The position numbers and the translations under genes were made by a program. From contig OX597823.1 in the NCBI GenBank assembly GCA_951406725.2, positions 85,870,001 through 85,934,000 on the forward strand: a stretch of DNA of 64,000 nucleotides, given 5' to 3'. The notes under the pieces were generated by a model. The model was not told the DNA's origin. It saw nothing but the letters and a program-made list of their open reading frames with translations, and made no database searches. Below, one piece after another: positions 13,006 through 27,089 of this stretch. The stretch comes from Octopus vulgaris. Its lineage: Eukaryota. The number at the start of each line of letters is the position of its first letter. Within the stretch, counting starts at the first letter, position 1.

Positions 13006-13577
13006 TATGCGTGCGTGCGTGCATGGATATACGTTCTGTTTTTCCTTCGACACAGCTGGTGCGAGCGCATGTTATCTATCAAATAGGGAAAAGGACACGG
13101 GACACGTGCTTATATATACACACACACATACACATACAAATAAATGCGCGAGCGCACACACAACACACACTCATGTAATGTATGAAACGTACAACCAATT
13201 AACGCAATCTACTTCCCGTTTCCCTTTCTTTACGCCGAAGTCTTTTGACTACGCCCACTTTTGTTTTACCTGCTTAATTTCTCCTTGTCAACTTTGCATA
13301 TACTTATGTTTGGATGTAAGTATATATGTATGTATGTATGTACATATGTATGTATGTATGTATGTATGTACGTATGTACGTACGTATGTATGTATGTATG
13401 TATGTATGTATGTATGTATATATGTATGTATGTACGTACGTACGTACGTATGTATGTATGTATGCATGTATATATGAATGCATATGTGTGAATGTGTATC
13501 TGTGAATACCTCCTGATATACATACATAAATACATACATACACACATATATATATATACACACACACACATACATAC

Positions 13578-13652
<75 letters not shown>

Positions 13653-14159
13653 TATGTATATGTATATTACTCTTTTACACTTTCACCAGTCTCAGTCATT
13701 TGACTGCGGCCATGCTGGAGCACTGACTTTAGTTGAACTAATCAACCCCAGGACTTCTTTTGTCAGCCCAGTTCTTATCCTATCGGTCTCTCTTGCCGAG
13801 CCGGTAAGCTACGGGGATGTAAACACATACGTTTGTGTAGCTGACATATGTTAGAGAAAGGATCCGAGCTAATTCTTGTAAGAAGTGCATCTACAGAAAA
13901 ATGTTTTCGTAGACACCTAACATATTATTGTCGATCTCCATTTTAGTATTTTCCTTGCGTGGTCCCCTAAAGCATTTGTGAAACATTACTCTACACGATC
14001 GTTTATTAAGTTAGGTATAACAGTCGAATATACAAGAAGCTAAATATTACCACTTTGAGGAAAAATATAGAACAAAATGTCGTTTAATATAATCGAGAAT
14101 GGTATGGATTACTCTTAGTCCCTCGCAGGTCGTTTCAGAACTTTCTTTTACACTTCATT

Positions 14160-14414
14160 GGTTATAGGTCAGCACTTACAGGGAGTACATGAACAGGGAT
14201 GAAATACTCGAGAGGTAAGGCTCTGAGAGGGAATGACTGCGTGTACGGGGGTGCTGGTGATTGGGCGTAACGAAGGTGATGGGAGGAGGAAAGACAATTA
14301 AGTTTGGAATGTCTGAGGGAAGCTGGTGAGAGCCTAACCAATTCTGTGTAGAAAAGACAGAGACGTACGTACACCACACACACACATATGTATACAGATA
14401 TAACTATGTACAGT

Positions 14415-14478
<64 letters not shown>

Positions 14479-14850
14479 CAGATAGATAGATAGATAGACA
14501 CATATACACATATACATACATACACACACACACACGCATGCACGCAGATATAAACATACATACATACATACATACATAAATACATACATACATACTTACA
14601 TACATACATACATACATACATCGTGGAAATGAGCTCGAGATCGAATAAGAACATTTAGAACAGAGTAAGAACGCAGTAAATCCGTGCAAATGGCTCGAGA
14701 GTGCAAGAACCTGTACTCATTATGACTTTAAACTGCATCCAGTCGTAGGCCCTGGTACGGAGGTTCCATGGCTCTAAGGAAAGCAGAACTGCCTCATAGC
14801 CAGCCACTGTTGCTCCCCGGTCTACTCCGACCCGCAGTGGTGGCACTTGT
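14160..14850 (-). pseudogene. Degraded L2/Jockey-like RT C-terminal fragment split by TAGA/TACA tracts
   Basis: Minus RLCLFY...YTQSFPLRALPLEYFIPVHVLPVSADL resembles LINE C-terminal SLSLFY...SFFPRT..LWNSLP. Confidence 0.4.
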
Positions 14851-15109
14851 TAGGGTCGCAGCTATTGGTTAACTAGCATGTAAACCACTGAGAGTGAAGG
14901 GCTCTTCGTTCTCTTCAGAACTTCTTTCAAGGAGAAAGTAAACTTGTATAAAAAAAAGAACCTGAAATGTAGTTGGTTTCTAGTCATCCATTCGACTGCT
15001 TTATTGCGCTGAAAATTGGGTTCGGTGCTGTCCAACACTTTATCCACTCAAAACATATATATACATACACACGTGCATCTTTTAACTAGTTTCCTTTAAC
15101 ACCTCAAAT

Positions 15110-15290
15110 GTAAGATCTCTCCCCTGAAGACGGAGGACCCGTCTCATCCTACGATGGAATCTATCTACAAACATTATTATGCATCACCGAGCCTCCAGAA
15201 ACAGTTGTTGGATATGTAATACTGTACCCCATCCCCTTTAATCCTCTATATCATTTATTTCTCTATAATTTGGATCTTTTTATATATAAT
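15110..15290 (+). mobile_element. Penelope-like module with hammerhead-like core
   Basis: CTGAAGA (15124-15130)-c-ggagg...cctcc-a-GAAAC (15198-15202)-agttgtt-gga. Confidence 0.55.
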
Positions 15291-15423
15291 CATATAAACA
15301 TTTTCGGTATTTAATATATTTTATATATTGATCTGTCTAACGTGCTTTCCCTACAGTTACTTTTACATACATGCATAAATGCATACACGCACGCATATAT
15401 GCATGCGTATACATATGCATGTA

Positions 15424-15473
<50 letters not shown>

Positions 15474-16029
15474 CATACATGCATACGAGCATGTACATAT
15501 ACATGCATACATACTAAGAAACAAACGAACAACATTTTTTCCAATGTCCAAATTTCACTCAGAACGCACTGGTCAGCTCGAGGCTACATGTCGAAGACAA
15601 TTATATAAGATATTACGCTTTAGGATCAGACTCGAAACCACACATGTTTCGAAGTGAACTTCTTCACCGAACAACTAATTATTGTAACAATAAGACGATT
15701 ATCCGGTGATAATTGTTTTATTGTTACAACCTTATTCCCGTGATAGTTACTGTTTATTACAAAACGCGACAAGAATGCCACATCGTCATGTTTTTCATTG
15801 ACATCATGAAACCCAGAAAGTTTCGGAACGTAAATGACACTACGAAAGATATTACTCTATAATAAAAATAAAAGAAGCTATACATTTTCTATCTCTTTTC
15901 TTTTGTTTCATTCCTTGGAGAGAAAACATGCTGAGGCAGTGCCTTCAAGGCTTTGGTCAAACGAATCAACACCAATTGCATGCATACATGCATAACATAC
16001 GAATACACACACACATACATACATATAAA

Positions 16030-16360
16030 TAAATGGTAAAGGGGAAAGACCTACCCCTTCAATCAGTAAAGGCGAAGGCATTGCACTTATGAAGTTACCC
16101 TTCTAGGCACAAGTCCGGGCTAGGTTGTTTCTGGAAGACCAGCAGTCACCTATTCACACCAGTCATCCAAAGGGGAGGCATTGACTGATACAGCTTGGCA
16201 CCAGTGATATCGCAACTCATTTCAACAGTTGAGTGAACTGCAGCAATGTGAAATAAAGTGTCTTGCTCAAGAGCACAACATACGGTTCGGTTCAGGAATC
16301 GAACTTACTAACTCATGATTGTGAGTTCGACACTCTAACCGCTGAGCTATGCGCCTTCAT
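16030..16360 (-). mobile_element. SINE family D (CORE-like central domain); further copies at 40020-40265 and 41935-42172
   Basis: Minus tRNA-like head then tgtgctcttgagcaagacactttatttcacattgc..cagttcactcaactg. Confidence 0.7.
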
Positions 16361-16411
16361 TGGCCATGAGCCTTGATGAGCCACGTACCTTCATTAGAAT
16401 ATATATATATA

Positions 16412-16503
<92 letters not shown>

Positions 16504-16506
16504 TAC

Positions 16507-16534
<28 letters not shown>

Positions 16535-16537
<3 letters not shown>

Positions 16538-16990
16538 ATGATAAGAGTAAATAATTTCTATAAAGGCTTTTAAAAAAACCCAATTATTTACTGGTAGAAT
16601 TCGGTATGTAAATATAGCCGATTATCGGCAGGAACTTCTGTAAAGTTCAGTATATATATTGTATATAAGAAAAAGGGACAGGCAAAACAGGTTGCTTGAC
16701 CGCATACCGAAAAAATAGAAATAGCAGTCAAGAATGCTTATTTCTATCAAAGTTGGACTCCGGGCATGACAGACCCTGTAATTCACATATGCAAAACAGA
16801 AGGAATAGATAACGAATACGAAGTCTGGCGGTTATCTGTGAACATCATGTTTCTGAAGAAAGGATGTGAAACATATATGCAATATATATGAAATATATAT
16901 CAAAAATATATGGAATATATATTCAATATGTTTATAATCCAGAAACATGATGTTCACAGATAACCGCCAGACTTCGTATTCGTTATATAT
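16535..16990 (+). mobile_element. TA-embedded ~450-bp element ending in a 47-bp inverted repeat around a hammerhead-like core
   Basis: (TA)n on both sides; IR arms about 16809-16856 and 16940-16987; internal CTGAAGA-aa-ggat...atcc-a-GAAAC. Confidence 0.65.
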
Positions 16991-17065
16991 TTATATATAT
17001 ATATATATATCAGAAATACTAAATTTCTAAATCTCTCATAGAGACATGTACGGTGGTAACCATTC

Positions 17066-17187
<122 letters not shown>

Positions 17188-17284
17188 CATTGTAGAAATA
17201 TGTTATAAAAAGAAAATATAAAATACACGTGGAAATGTGAGGGTAAAATTTGAAAAATCAACGAAAATTGAGTTGTGTGTTCAT

Positions 17285-17432
17285 ATTTAGTTGGGGGAGA
17301 AATTTATTGATGAAAAATGCCTCTTTATTCAACCTTTGTTGCAAAGTGGTGTTCTGATGAACATTGGTAAAAGGGAAATATTTGGAAATTGAGATTAAGA
17401 TTCCTGGCACACCTTTCTATGTGTTCACTCAC
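17285..17432 (-). pseudogene. Penelope-like GIY-YIG endonuclease C-terminal fragment
   Basis: Minus VSEHIERCARNLNLNFQIFPFYQC, frameshift, then QNTTLQQRLNKEAFFINKFLPQLN; fits the PLE pattern H...R..KE..FI....P.LN; flanked by TA/CA tracts. Confidence 0.75.
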
Positions 17433-17500
17433 CTTTATATATATATATATATATAACATTAGTTTCAAGGTTCATCCAAGGCTGGGACCACGGGCCATAC

Positions 17501-17549
<49 letters not shown>

Positions 17550-17551
<2 letters not shown>

Positions 17552-17878
17552 TAGATATGTTTCGACCAAAGATTGGTCCAGGCCATGTCTAACTTAATAG
17601 CACCATCTGATAGGATTATCTAAATCCTGTTTAAGTCAAGTTTTTTTATGGTCCATTAAAGTAGTGAGTTCTTGTTGGATGAGTTGTATCCAATTATGGA
17701 TAGCTTATACGGTACTCCTTTTTCCTCTTTGATCTCTTTCAGGACTATGTTAAACAGGACAGGGCCTGTTGAAGAAAAGATATTATGTTGCAGTGTACCT
17801 ATACGCTATGATCCTGAATTGGGCAGGGGGCGTATGGCCCGTGGTCCCAGCCTTGGATAAACCTTGAAACTAATGTAT
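17550..17878 (-). pseudogene. CR1-like LINE 3' end, second subfamily
   Basis: Minus ISFKVYPRLGPRAIRPLPNSGS*RIGTLQHNIFSSTGPVLFNIVLKEIKEEK...GYNSSNKNSLL*W; the same UTR end occurs at 51317-51395. Confidence 0.7.
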
Positions 17879-18031
17879 TTATGTATATATGTGTGTGTGT
17901 GTGTGTATACATACATATATGTGTGTTTGCGTGTGCAACGATATATATATATATATATAAAGCCAACACAATGTATCAACAAACTAAGCTTTTTCTTTGT
18001 AGAGCTATGCTTGCGCTTATGAAATATACCA

Positions 18032-18104
18032 TGCCATCATGGGGGTCGAACCAACGACATTTGCGTTGTTAACACGACTCTGTAACCGACATAGTAAATA
18101 GGCA
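18032..18104 (-). pseudogene. tRNA-Ile(AAT)-like pseudogene, copy 1
   Basis: Aligns by eye with eukaryotic tRNA-Ile (GGTTAGAGCGTGGTGCTAATAACGCCAAGGTCGCGGGTTCGATCCCC); anticodon now AAC; acceptor stem broken. Confidence 0.6.
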
Positions 18105-18570
18105 CCTTGCTAATAAACAGCTATAAAAATAATCGCTAATGGGAAATGGCGGTCTTTCAACGTAGAACGGTTGAAAGAAAAATTCTTCCATACAACAAAC
18201 ATGTCTGCGCATGTGTCTATATGTACGATATGTGTGATATGAGCAGATGATCTTATAGTTATTGGCCCATTCATTCATACAGGTATACACATGTACACAC
18301 ACACACACACACACACATATATATGCATATATACATGTGCATACATATATACATATGTATACACACACACATATATATGCATATATACATGTGCATACAT
18401 ATATACATATGTATACATATACATAGATATATACACACACATATATATATGCATATATACATGTGCATACATATATACATATGTATACATATACATAGAT
18501 ATATACACACACATATATATATGCATATATACATATATATATATTTACGTATATATATACATATACATAT

Positions 18571-18615
<45 letters not shown>

Positions 18616-19987
18616 TGCATATACATATGTATACCTATATATAATAAAGTTATACATATACATAATGATTATACATATACATACATATATGTACACACAC
18701 ACTTACACACGCACACACACACATATACAAATACGGAGAGAAAATAAAGAACATTTATTGTGTAAGGAAGAAACTCCGATGGTAGACAACACTGTAAAAC
18801 CAGCTATTGTATATGTACATTTTATACCACATAAAACCATGAAATATCTTTCTTATATCATATCATTATAATATCCTTTGTGCCATACAGCCGTGTATTA
18901 GCGATTGTACTATTTTTTAGCTAATATGTGTTATTCGCACATTATATCACGTTATCTCTTTTACACAGTAAAATTACCTAATAACTTTTATACTATATAG
19001 CATTTGATATCTTTTATTCGAGATATAAAAAAAATCGTATAATATATAATAACTTTTATATCATAGATATGAAATATTATTTGTAGTGTATAAAAATATG
19101 TTTGCGTATGTATACACATTTATATACGTACATAAATGCATAGATATATATATGTATGTGTGTCTGTGTTTACATATATAAAATATGTTATTTTACATTA
19201 TATTCTTGTGTAAAGTTAAAAATACGATTTCGTCACCATAATATAATTTTATATACATATGTGTGTGGGTGTATATTATATATATATATATATACAGAGA
19301 GACAGACAGACAGACTGAGAGAGAGAAAGATATTTACGTACATACATACACATGTTTATGTTTGTTAGCATATATATGTATATATGTATATATATATGTA
19401 TATATATGTATATATATGTATATATATATATACACATACATACATGCACATGTATACGTGTGTGTGAACATATATATATAGATAGATAGATATAGATATA
19501 GATATAGATATGGATATAGATATACACACACATACATACAAACATTCACACACACACACATATGTACATGTATACACATGCGTGTCTACGTGTGCGCGAG
19601 ACATATTATGGCTATGAAATCGTATTTATAACTTTATATAATAATATACTCACAACGAATCTATAAATAATAAACTTAAATTCTTTTGACGTAAAACATA
19701 AAAACATGTCGTCTAACCACGTAAACACATCTTACGCTATAGTCACATTATCCCTAATATAATGATGGTTTAGCGCTACACCTTTGCTTTTTGATAGCTT
19801 AGTCAATGCAAGACGACCAGTGGCATGATCCTGGCAGAATTTCAGAAAATCTATGAGACTTGTAGCGTTGGCTTTGAGACGTTTTGCCACAGCAGTTTTC
19901 TTGCCGCTTAACTGGCATCTTAGTTTCGATGCTGATCTTCAGGCGTTTTAAAGTTTTTTTCTCTTTGTTTATCTCTCTGACTCTGTT

Positions 19988-20038
<51 letters not shown>

Positions 20039-20075
20039 CTTTCTCTTTCTCTCACTCTACGTATATATATATGCG

Positions 20076-20122
<47 letters not shown>

Positions 20123-20199
20123 TTATATATAAAGCCAACACAATGTATCAGCAAAGTGAGCTTTTTCTCTGTAGAGGCTTGCGCTTATGAAATATACCA

Positions 20200-20272
20200 T
20201 GCCATCATGGGGGTCGAACCAACGACATTTGCGTTGTTAACACGACTCTGTAACCGACAGAGTAAATAGGCA
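20200..20272 (-). pseudogene. tRNA-Ile(AAT)-like pseudogene, copy 2
   Basis: tgcctatttactctgtcggttacagagtcgtgttaacaacgcaaatgtcgttggttcgacccccatgatggca; near-identical to copy 1. Confidence 0.6.
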
Positions 20273-20374
20273 CTTTGCTAATATACGTGGAAATGGATGC
20301 GTGGCGTTCAATCGAATTATAATATAAATAATATATGTAAATATATGCATACACACACACATACACACACATAT

Positions 20375-20442
<68 letters not shown>

Positions 20443-20456
20443 TTATATACACACAT

Positions 20457-20492
<36 letters not shown>

Positions 20493-20939
20493 GCATACAT
20501 ACATATATATATATATACACACACACAGATATATATATACACACATACAGACACCCACACATATATATATATATATATGCATACATACACATGCATATAT
20601 GGGTACAGGACGTCACCAAACAGTAAACAACATGAAATACGAAATCAAATGTGTTCAATACGCAAACAATGAGAGAAACAAATGGAAAACAGGGCAAGTA
20701 GCACAAAGAACGACTCTTCGTCGGTTGTCGGCTGTCTATCTACTCCTTATTTCGAGCATTGAACGACACTCCATCTGTGCCTGCGTGATTGTATTTCTCT
20801 TTGTTTATGAGTTGAGAGAAAGAGCTTCTCTCACTGCCATTCAATCAAATATTTGTAATGTCTCTCAAACTCTTTCCCTCTTCTTTTCCATCACTCACTC
20901 TCTCCTTCCTCTAGCTGCATTTCTACGTCCCTCTGTCCC

Positions 20940-20984
<45 letters not shown>

Positions 20985-21552
20985 CATCCTATCTGTTTAT
21001 ATCTGTGAGCATATTTCTCTTTGCGAGCATGAGAAGGAAATTGTTCATGCCAATCGTGTTCAATTGATAAGCTATAGTCTCTCCCTCCTTTTTTCCCCCG
21101 TCCTCCTTCTCCCCACTCTTCCTCTCTTGCGCTTGCCTAGCTCGCACGGAGGACATCTCCCTTGCTCTCGCTCACCATACAACACCTGTTTTTGATCAGA
21201 TCCTGAGGAGGTGTCTGAAGACTATCCACCCACGACCTTCCCAGAAATAATGGGCGGACAAGATAGCTAGCTGGCGGTCTGGCTGGCTGGCAAAACTGAG
21301 TAAGAAGGAAACGGCATAAGTTATTTTGATTGAATCAGCAGAACCGCTGGCACGGCCGGAGAAAATGCTTGCCTGCATTTAATCCGTCTTTACGTTCTGA
21401 GTTCAAATTCCGTCGAGATCGACTGTGCCTTTCATTCTTTCAGGGTCGATAAAATAAGTACCAGTTGAGCTCAGTGGTCGATGTAATCGACTTGGCTCCG
21501 ATGATCCCTAGTCTGGTGCCAAAGTTTGAAATCAATATAAGCACTGTAAAAA

Positions 21553-22135
21553 GGCAGGGAGCTGGCAGAAACGTTAGTACGTCGGGCGAAATGCGTTGCC
21601 GTACTTCGTCTGCCGTTAGGTTCTGAGTTCAAATTCCGCCGAGGTCGACTTTGCCTTTCATCCTTTCGGGGTCGATAAATTAAGTTCCAGTTACGCACTG
21701 GAGTCGATATAATCGACTTAATCCGTTTGTCTGTCCTTGTTTCTCCTCTCTGTGTTTAGCCCCTTGTGGGTAATAAAGAAATAGGTATTTCGTCTGCCGC
21801 TACGTTCTGAGTTCAAATTCCACCGAGGTCAACTTTGCCTTTCACCCTTTGGGTGTCGATTAAATAAATACTAGTTACGCACTGGGGTCGATATAATTGA
21901 CCTAATCCGTTTGTCTGTCCTTGTTTGTCCCCTCTGTGTGTAGCCCCTTGTGGGCAGTAAAGAAATAGGTATTTCGTCTGTCTTTATGTTCTGAGTTCAA
22001 ATTCCGCCGATGTTGACTTTGCCTTTCATCCTTTCAGGGATAGATAAATTAAGTACCAGTGATTACTGGGGTCGATGTAATCGACGTGTCCCCTCCCCAA
22101 AAATTTCGGGCCTTGTGTAAAGAGTAGAAAAGAAT
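21553..22135 (+). mobile_element. SINE family C with three tandem ~185-bp units
   Basis: Head ggcagggagctggcagaaacgttag; units restart at ggtatttcgtctg after aaagaaata (about 21784 and 21968). Confidence 0.88.
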
Positions 22136-22837
22136 ACAAGTACTATAATAAACATAAGTTTATTAATTACCAAACATCATAAATAGAAATTGACCTGGTC
22201 ACGGTTGGAAAGCCTTTATTGATAGTCTTGATCTATCAAGGCTGACTTTAAGTTAAACAACAACAAAACACAAATGACTGTATTTTATTACAGCTTGACC
22301 ACAGCTCTTTACTAAAAACTGATCTCTGAACAAATCACATTGCCTATACTTCCGATATGGCCGCCATCAAACAGATAGTGAAAGATGTGAAAAAGTCTGA
22401 ACCAAAAAGTATACAATGTAAAACGAAGCAGGCTTGGCTGTACGTAGGCGCCGGCATGGCTGTGCGATTAAGAAGCTCCCTTTGCAACCACGTGGTTTCA
22501 GGTTCAATTCCACTTTGTGGTTCCTTCTAAGTGTCTTCTATAGCCTTGGGTCTCCCAATAATGCTTTCTGAGTGAATTTAATACTTTTCTATTATAGGCA
22601 CAAAGCCTGAAATTTGCAGGGAGGGGTAAGACAATTGCATCGACCACAGTGCGTAACTGGTACTTATTTAATCGACCCCGAAAGGATGAAAAGCAAAGTT
22701 GACCTCGGTGGAATTTGAACTCAGAAAGTAGCGGCAGACGAAATATCGCTAAACATTTCGCCCGGCGTGCTAACGATTATGCCAGCTCGCTGCCTTCTGA
22801 GTGAATTTAATAAGCGGAAACTGCGTGGAAACCAGTC

Positions 22838-22916
<79 letters not shown>

Positions 22917-23909
22917 CGCGTGTATGTGTGTGTTGTGCGTCTGTGTGTGTTGTATTTGATTGTGCGTGTATTTGACTTTGTGAGCGTGTATGTGTGTGTG
23001 TCGTTGTCTGTGTCACTCACCTCCGCTTCACAGCCGGTGTTAGTGTGTTTACGTCCCCGTTACCTAGTTCTTACCAGACTGCAGAAAACACATAAGTACT
23101 ACAGTCGATATATTCGACTAGAAATTCTGAAAGGCAGTGCTCCAACACGGTCGCATTATGATGAGTAAAAGCTAATAGAAGCTAAACTATCAAACGACCA
23201 CCCAATTCGTTGCCGGTGGTAGATGTTGCCAAATATATTATTTACCTTTTACCCTGTATATGTTTAAGTTATTAGACTACGGCCATACTGGTGCACCGCC
23301 TTGATGAATTTTTAAACGAATGGATCGACTCCTGTAATTATTTCCTTCTAAGCCTGTTACATATTCTATTGGTCTATTTTGCCGAATCACTAATCCACGG
23401 GGACGCAAACACATCAACACCGGTTATCAAGTGGAGGTGAGGGACAAACACAGGCACAAAGACACACAAGCACACACACACAAACACACACACACACACA
23501 CAAGCACATACGCACACACAGGCACACACACACACACACACACACACACAAGCACAAACGCACACACACACACACACAGACACGCACACATATCCACTCA
23601 AAAGGCTTTGGTCGGCCTGAGGCTATTAGAGAAGACACTTGCCCAAGGTGCCACGCAATAGGTATGAACTCGGAACCATGGGGTTGGGATGCAAACTTCT
23701 TACCACACAGGCACGACTTAGCCTATATATTCTTTTACTTGTTTCAGTCATTTTGATTGCGGCAATGTTGGAGCACCATCTTTAGTCAAACAAATCGAAC
23801 CCAGACTTTATTCTATCGACCTCATTTACCAAACTGCTACATTAAGGGGACGTAAATACACTAACATCGTTTGTCAGGCGATGGTGGTGGGGACAAACAA
23901 AGACACAGA

Positions 23910-23910
23910 A

Positions 23911-24001
<91 letters not shown>

Positions 24002-24144
24002 CATACATATATACACATATATATATATATATACATACATATATATATACATATATATGCACATATACATACATAAATAAATATGCACATATGCATACAT
24101 ATATGCACATATACATAAATACATATATATATACATATATATAT

Positions 24145-24188
<44 letters not shown>

Positions 24189-24527
24189 CATATATATATA
24201 TATATATATACATACATATATATATATACATACATACAAATATATATCCATACATATATATATATTTACATATATATATATACATATATATATATACATA
24301 CATATATACATATATACATATATACATATATATATAGCCACTACACACATTTTTTCTCTCTCTTTTTTTTTCTCTCCTTGTTTCTCTCCTTGTTTTTCTG
24401 CGTCTCTTTCTGTAGAAGAGCGTAGGCTCGAAACGTAAAAGACTTTCCTATTCTTGAGCCTTATACTAATACATCTGTTTGTTTTGTACACCACCTGTCA
24501 TCGTGTTTTGTTTTTTTCGTAAACGTT

Positions 24528-24592
<65 letters not shown>

Positions 24593-24611
24593 TATTCACA
24601 CATATATATAT

Positions 24612-24666
<55 letters not shown>

Positions 24667-24771
24667 TATATGTACACACACACACACACATATATATATA
24701 CATATATACATCCATATATATACATACATATATATACACATATATAAATACATACATATATATATTCATAC

Positions 24772-24816
<45 letters not shown>

Positions 24817-24912
24817 CATATATGTGTACATACATATATATATGTGTGTGTGTGTGTGTACATACATATATATGTGTGTGTGTGTGTGTGTACATACATA
24901 TATATATATATA
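23910..24912. repeat. Degenerate (TA)n array inside a split minus-strand SINE A, hosting a PLE module
   Basis: SINE A halves at 23730-23910 and 24912-25030. Confidence 0.85.
24340..24530 (+). mobile_element. Penelope-like pseudo-LTR module
   Basis: ctgtaga-a-gagc-gtag-gctc-GAAACGTA; embedded in (TA)n. Confidence 0.65.
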
Positions 24913-25031
24913 CTACGGGCTTCTTTCAGTTTCCGTGTACCAAATCCACTCTGTGTACCAAAAATCTTTGGTCGGCTCGAAGCTATAGTAGAAAACACTA
25001 ACCCAAGGTGCTACGTAGTGGGACTGAGCCC

Positions 25032-25188
25032 GGAGTGGCTGTGTGGTAAGTAGCTTGCTTACCAACCACATGGTTCCGGGTTCAGTCCCACTGCGTGGCA
25101 CCTTGGGTAACTGTCTTCTACTATAGCCTCGGGCCGACCAAAGCCTTGTGAGTGGATATGGTAGACGGAAACTGAAAGAAGCCCGTCG

Positions 25189-25220
<32 letters not shown>

Positions 25221-25433
25221 CGTGTGTGTTTGTGTGTCTGTGTTTGTCCTCCTAGCATTGCTTGACAACCGATACTGGTGTGTTTATGTCCCCGTCACTT
25301 AGCGGTTGGGCAAAAAAGACCGATAGAATAAGTACTGGGCTTACAAAAGAATAAGTCCCGGGGTCGAGTTGCTCGATTAAAGGTGGTGCTCCAGCATGGC
25401 CGCAGTCAAATGACTGAAACAAGTAAAAGAGTA
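25032..25433 (+). mobile_element. SINE family A, full length
   Basis: Close match to 49474-49880. Confidence 0.92.
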
Positions 25434-26234
25434 AGCATCTTAACACACGGCCACTCACTAACTTTTAGTAAATAAAAAAAAACTGACAATCGATTATAGG
25501 AAAGAACCTAGATCAAGAAAAGCAGCAAGAAATGTCGCCAAGCGTTTTGTTTGACGCACTCACGATTTTAGTAAAGACTATGTCTTGTCATACATTCAGG
25601 GCATTTTATTGATTTTGTGACGTTAATGTCTACATTCTTTAGTTTATATTTAAATCTAGCACTGAATGTAGAGTGAGAGTAGATAAAATTTTGTCTCGAA
25701 TTCACGGGGAGCTGGGATCGATCCTACCGCATGGTATTTTGAACAAGTATCTTAAACCATAGAATCGAGTTAACTCAAGTGCAATTGGATTCACAGAATT
25801 ATGGGTTTGATCTATAAATCAATGATCCAGGTTTGCCACGTGTTGCATTATGCTGAATCGGCCTGTGGAATACGCAGCCTCTTAAGCGTTTAATTAATAG
25901 TTAGTCCATTTGAACGAACAACAGAAAGCTGATTACTAAGAATGGCAGATGATTCGTTATGATGAAAGGCCGCCATCTGTGTTTGACAATAAAAACATAA
26001 CACCGTTACAAGGCATGATGCTGTGAAAAGTGTCTGAAACAAAATATTTTCATAGACTTGTATTATTAATCGAATACATATCGAAGAGAAATGTTGCTAC
26101 AGTGTCTCGCGACAACAACTATCACGTTCTTTTAAGCAAGCGACAGTCGTGCGCAAGATATTAACGAGCCTCAAAAAAGGTGAAATGCATCTACCGATCT
26201 CAAGAGCCACTGCAGCAATGATGGTCGTCTTCCC

Positions 26235-26347
<113 letters not shown>

Positions 26348-26348
26348 G

Positions 26349-26379
<31 letters not shown>

Positions 26380-26827
26380 TGTTTTTAACACAGAAAGTCA
26401 ATGAAGATATATCACTCGCAGTTGAACAGCTTCAAGCCTTCTCACAAGGTTTATATACTTAGTATAGCACACATACGGCGATTTTAAATTATTGCTGTTT
26501 CAAGTTGCGTATACTGAGTTTTTCCCTATGTTCAGCAACCTTCAGCAATATCAATGAATTATTTATTCGCTGATTCTATATATCAGAGGAATTTCGTTTA
26601 AGCATGTGGGAAGTGAATGCATGGCATTGAAAAGGCTCAACGAAAACGAACCGTCTGTCGTTGTTGTGAGTCAGTGCTGTGACGATCTTCCTTTCCCTCC
26701 CATATATATATATATACAGAAATATATATATATATATATACACACAGAAATATATATATATATATACACACAGAAATATATATATATATATATACACACA
26801 GAAATATATATATATATATACACACAG

Positions 26828-26897
<70 letters not shown>

Positions 26898-27089
26898 ATA
26901 CACACACAAATATATATGTATATGATAGATCCTCGGTTCCCGCGTAGCGGGGCGTTCGAGGGCCTTTGCGCTCGCGCGCCTTGGCGCACGCTGGGGGCTT
27001 GGTCGGCCCCTTGGGCTTGCGTTGTACTGCTTGCGCGTTGTGTGCGTGAGCGCGCTTCGTGTGTGTGGGCTTGCTTCGGATGTGCACGT

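Noticed and set aside
20700-20760. Type II hammerhead (gctc-GAAA...ccgacga-agagt, minus strand; also 11518-11560)
   Set aside because: Stems I and III could not be paired convincingly.
23250-23272. taccctgta resembling the miR-10 5' end
   Set aside because: Only 9 nt match; no mature-sequence match beyond that and no hairpin.
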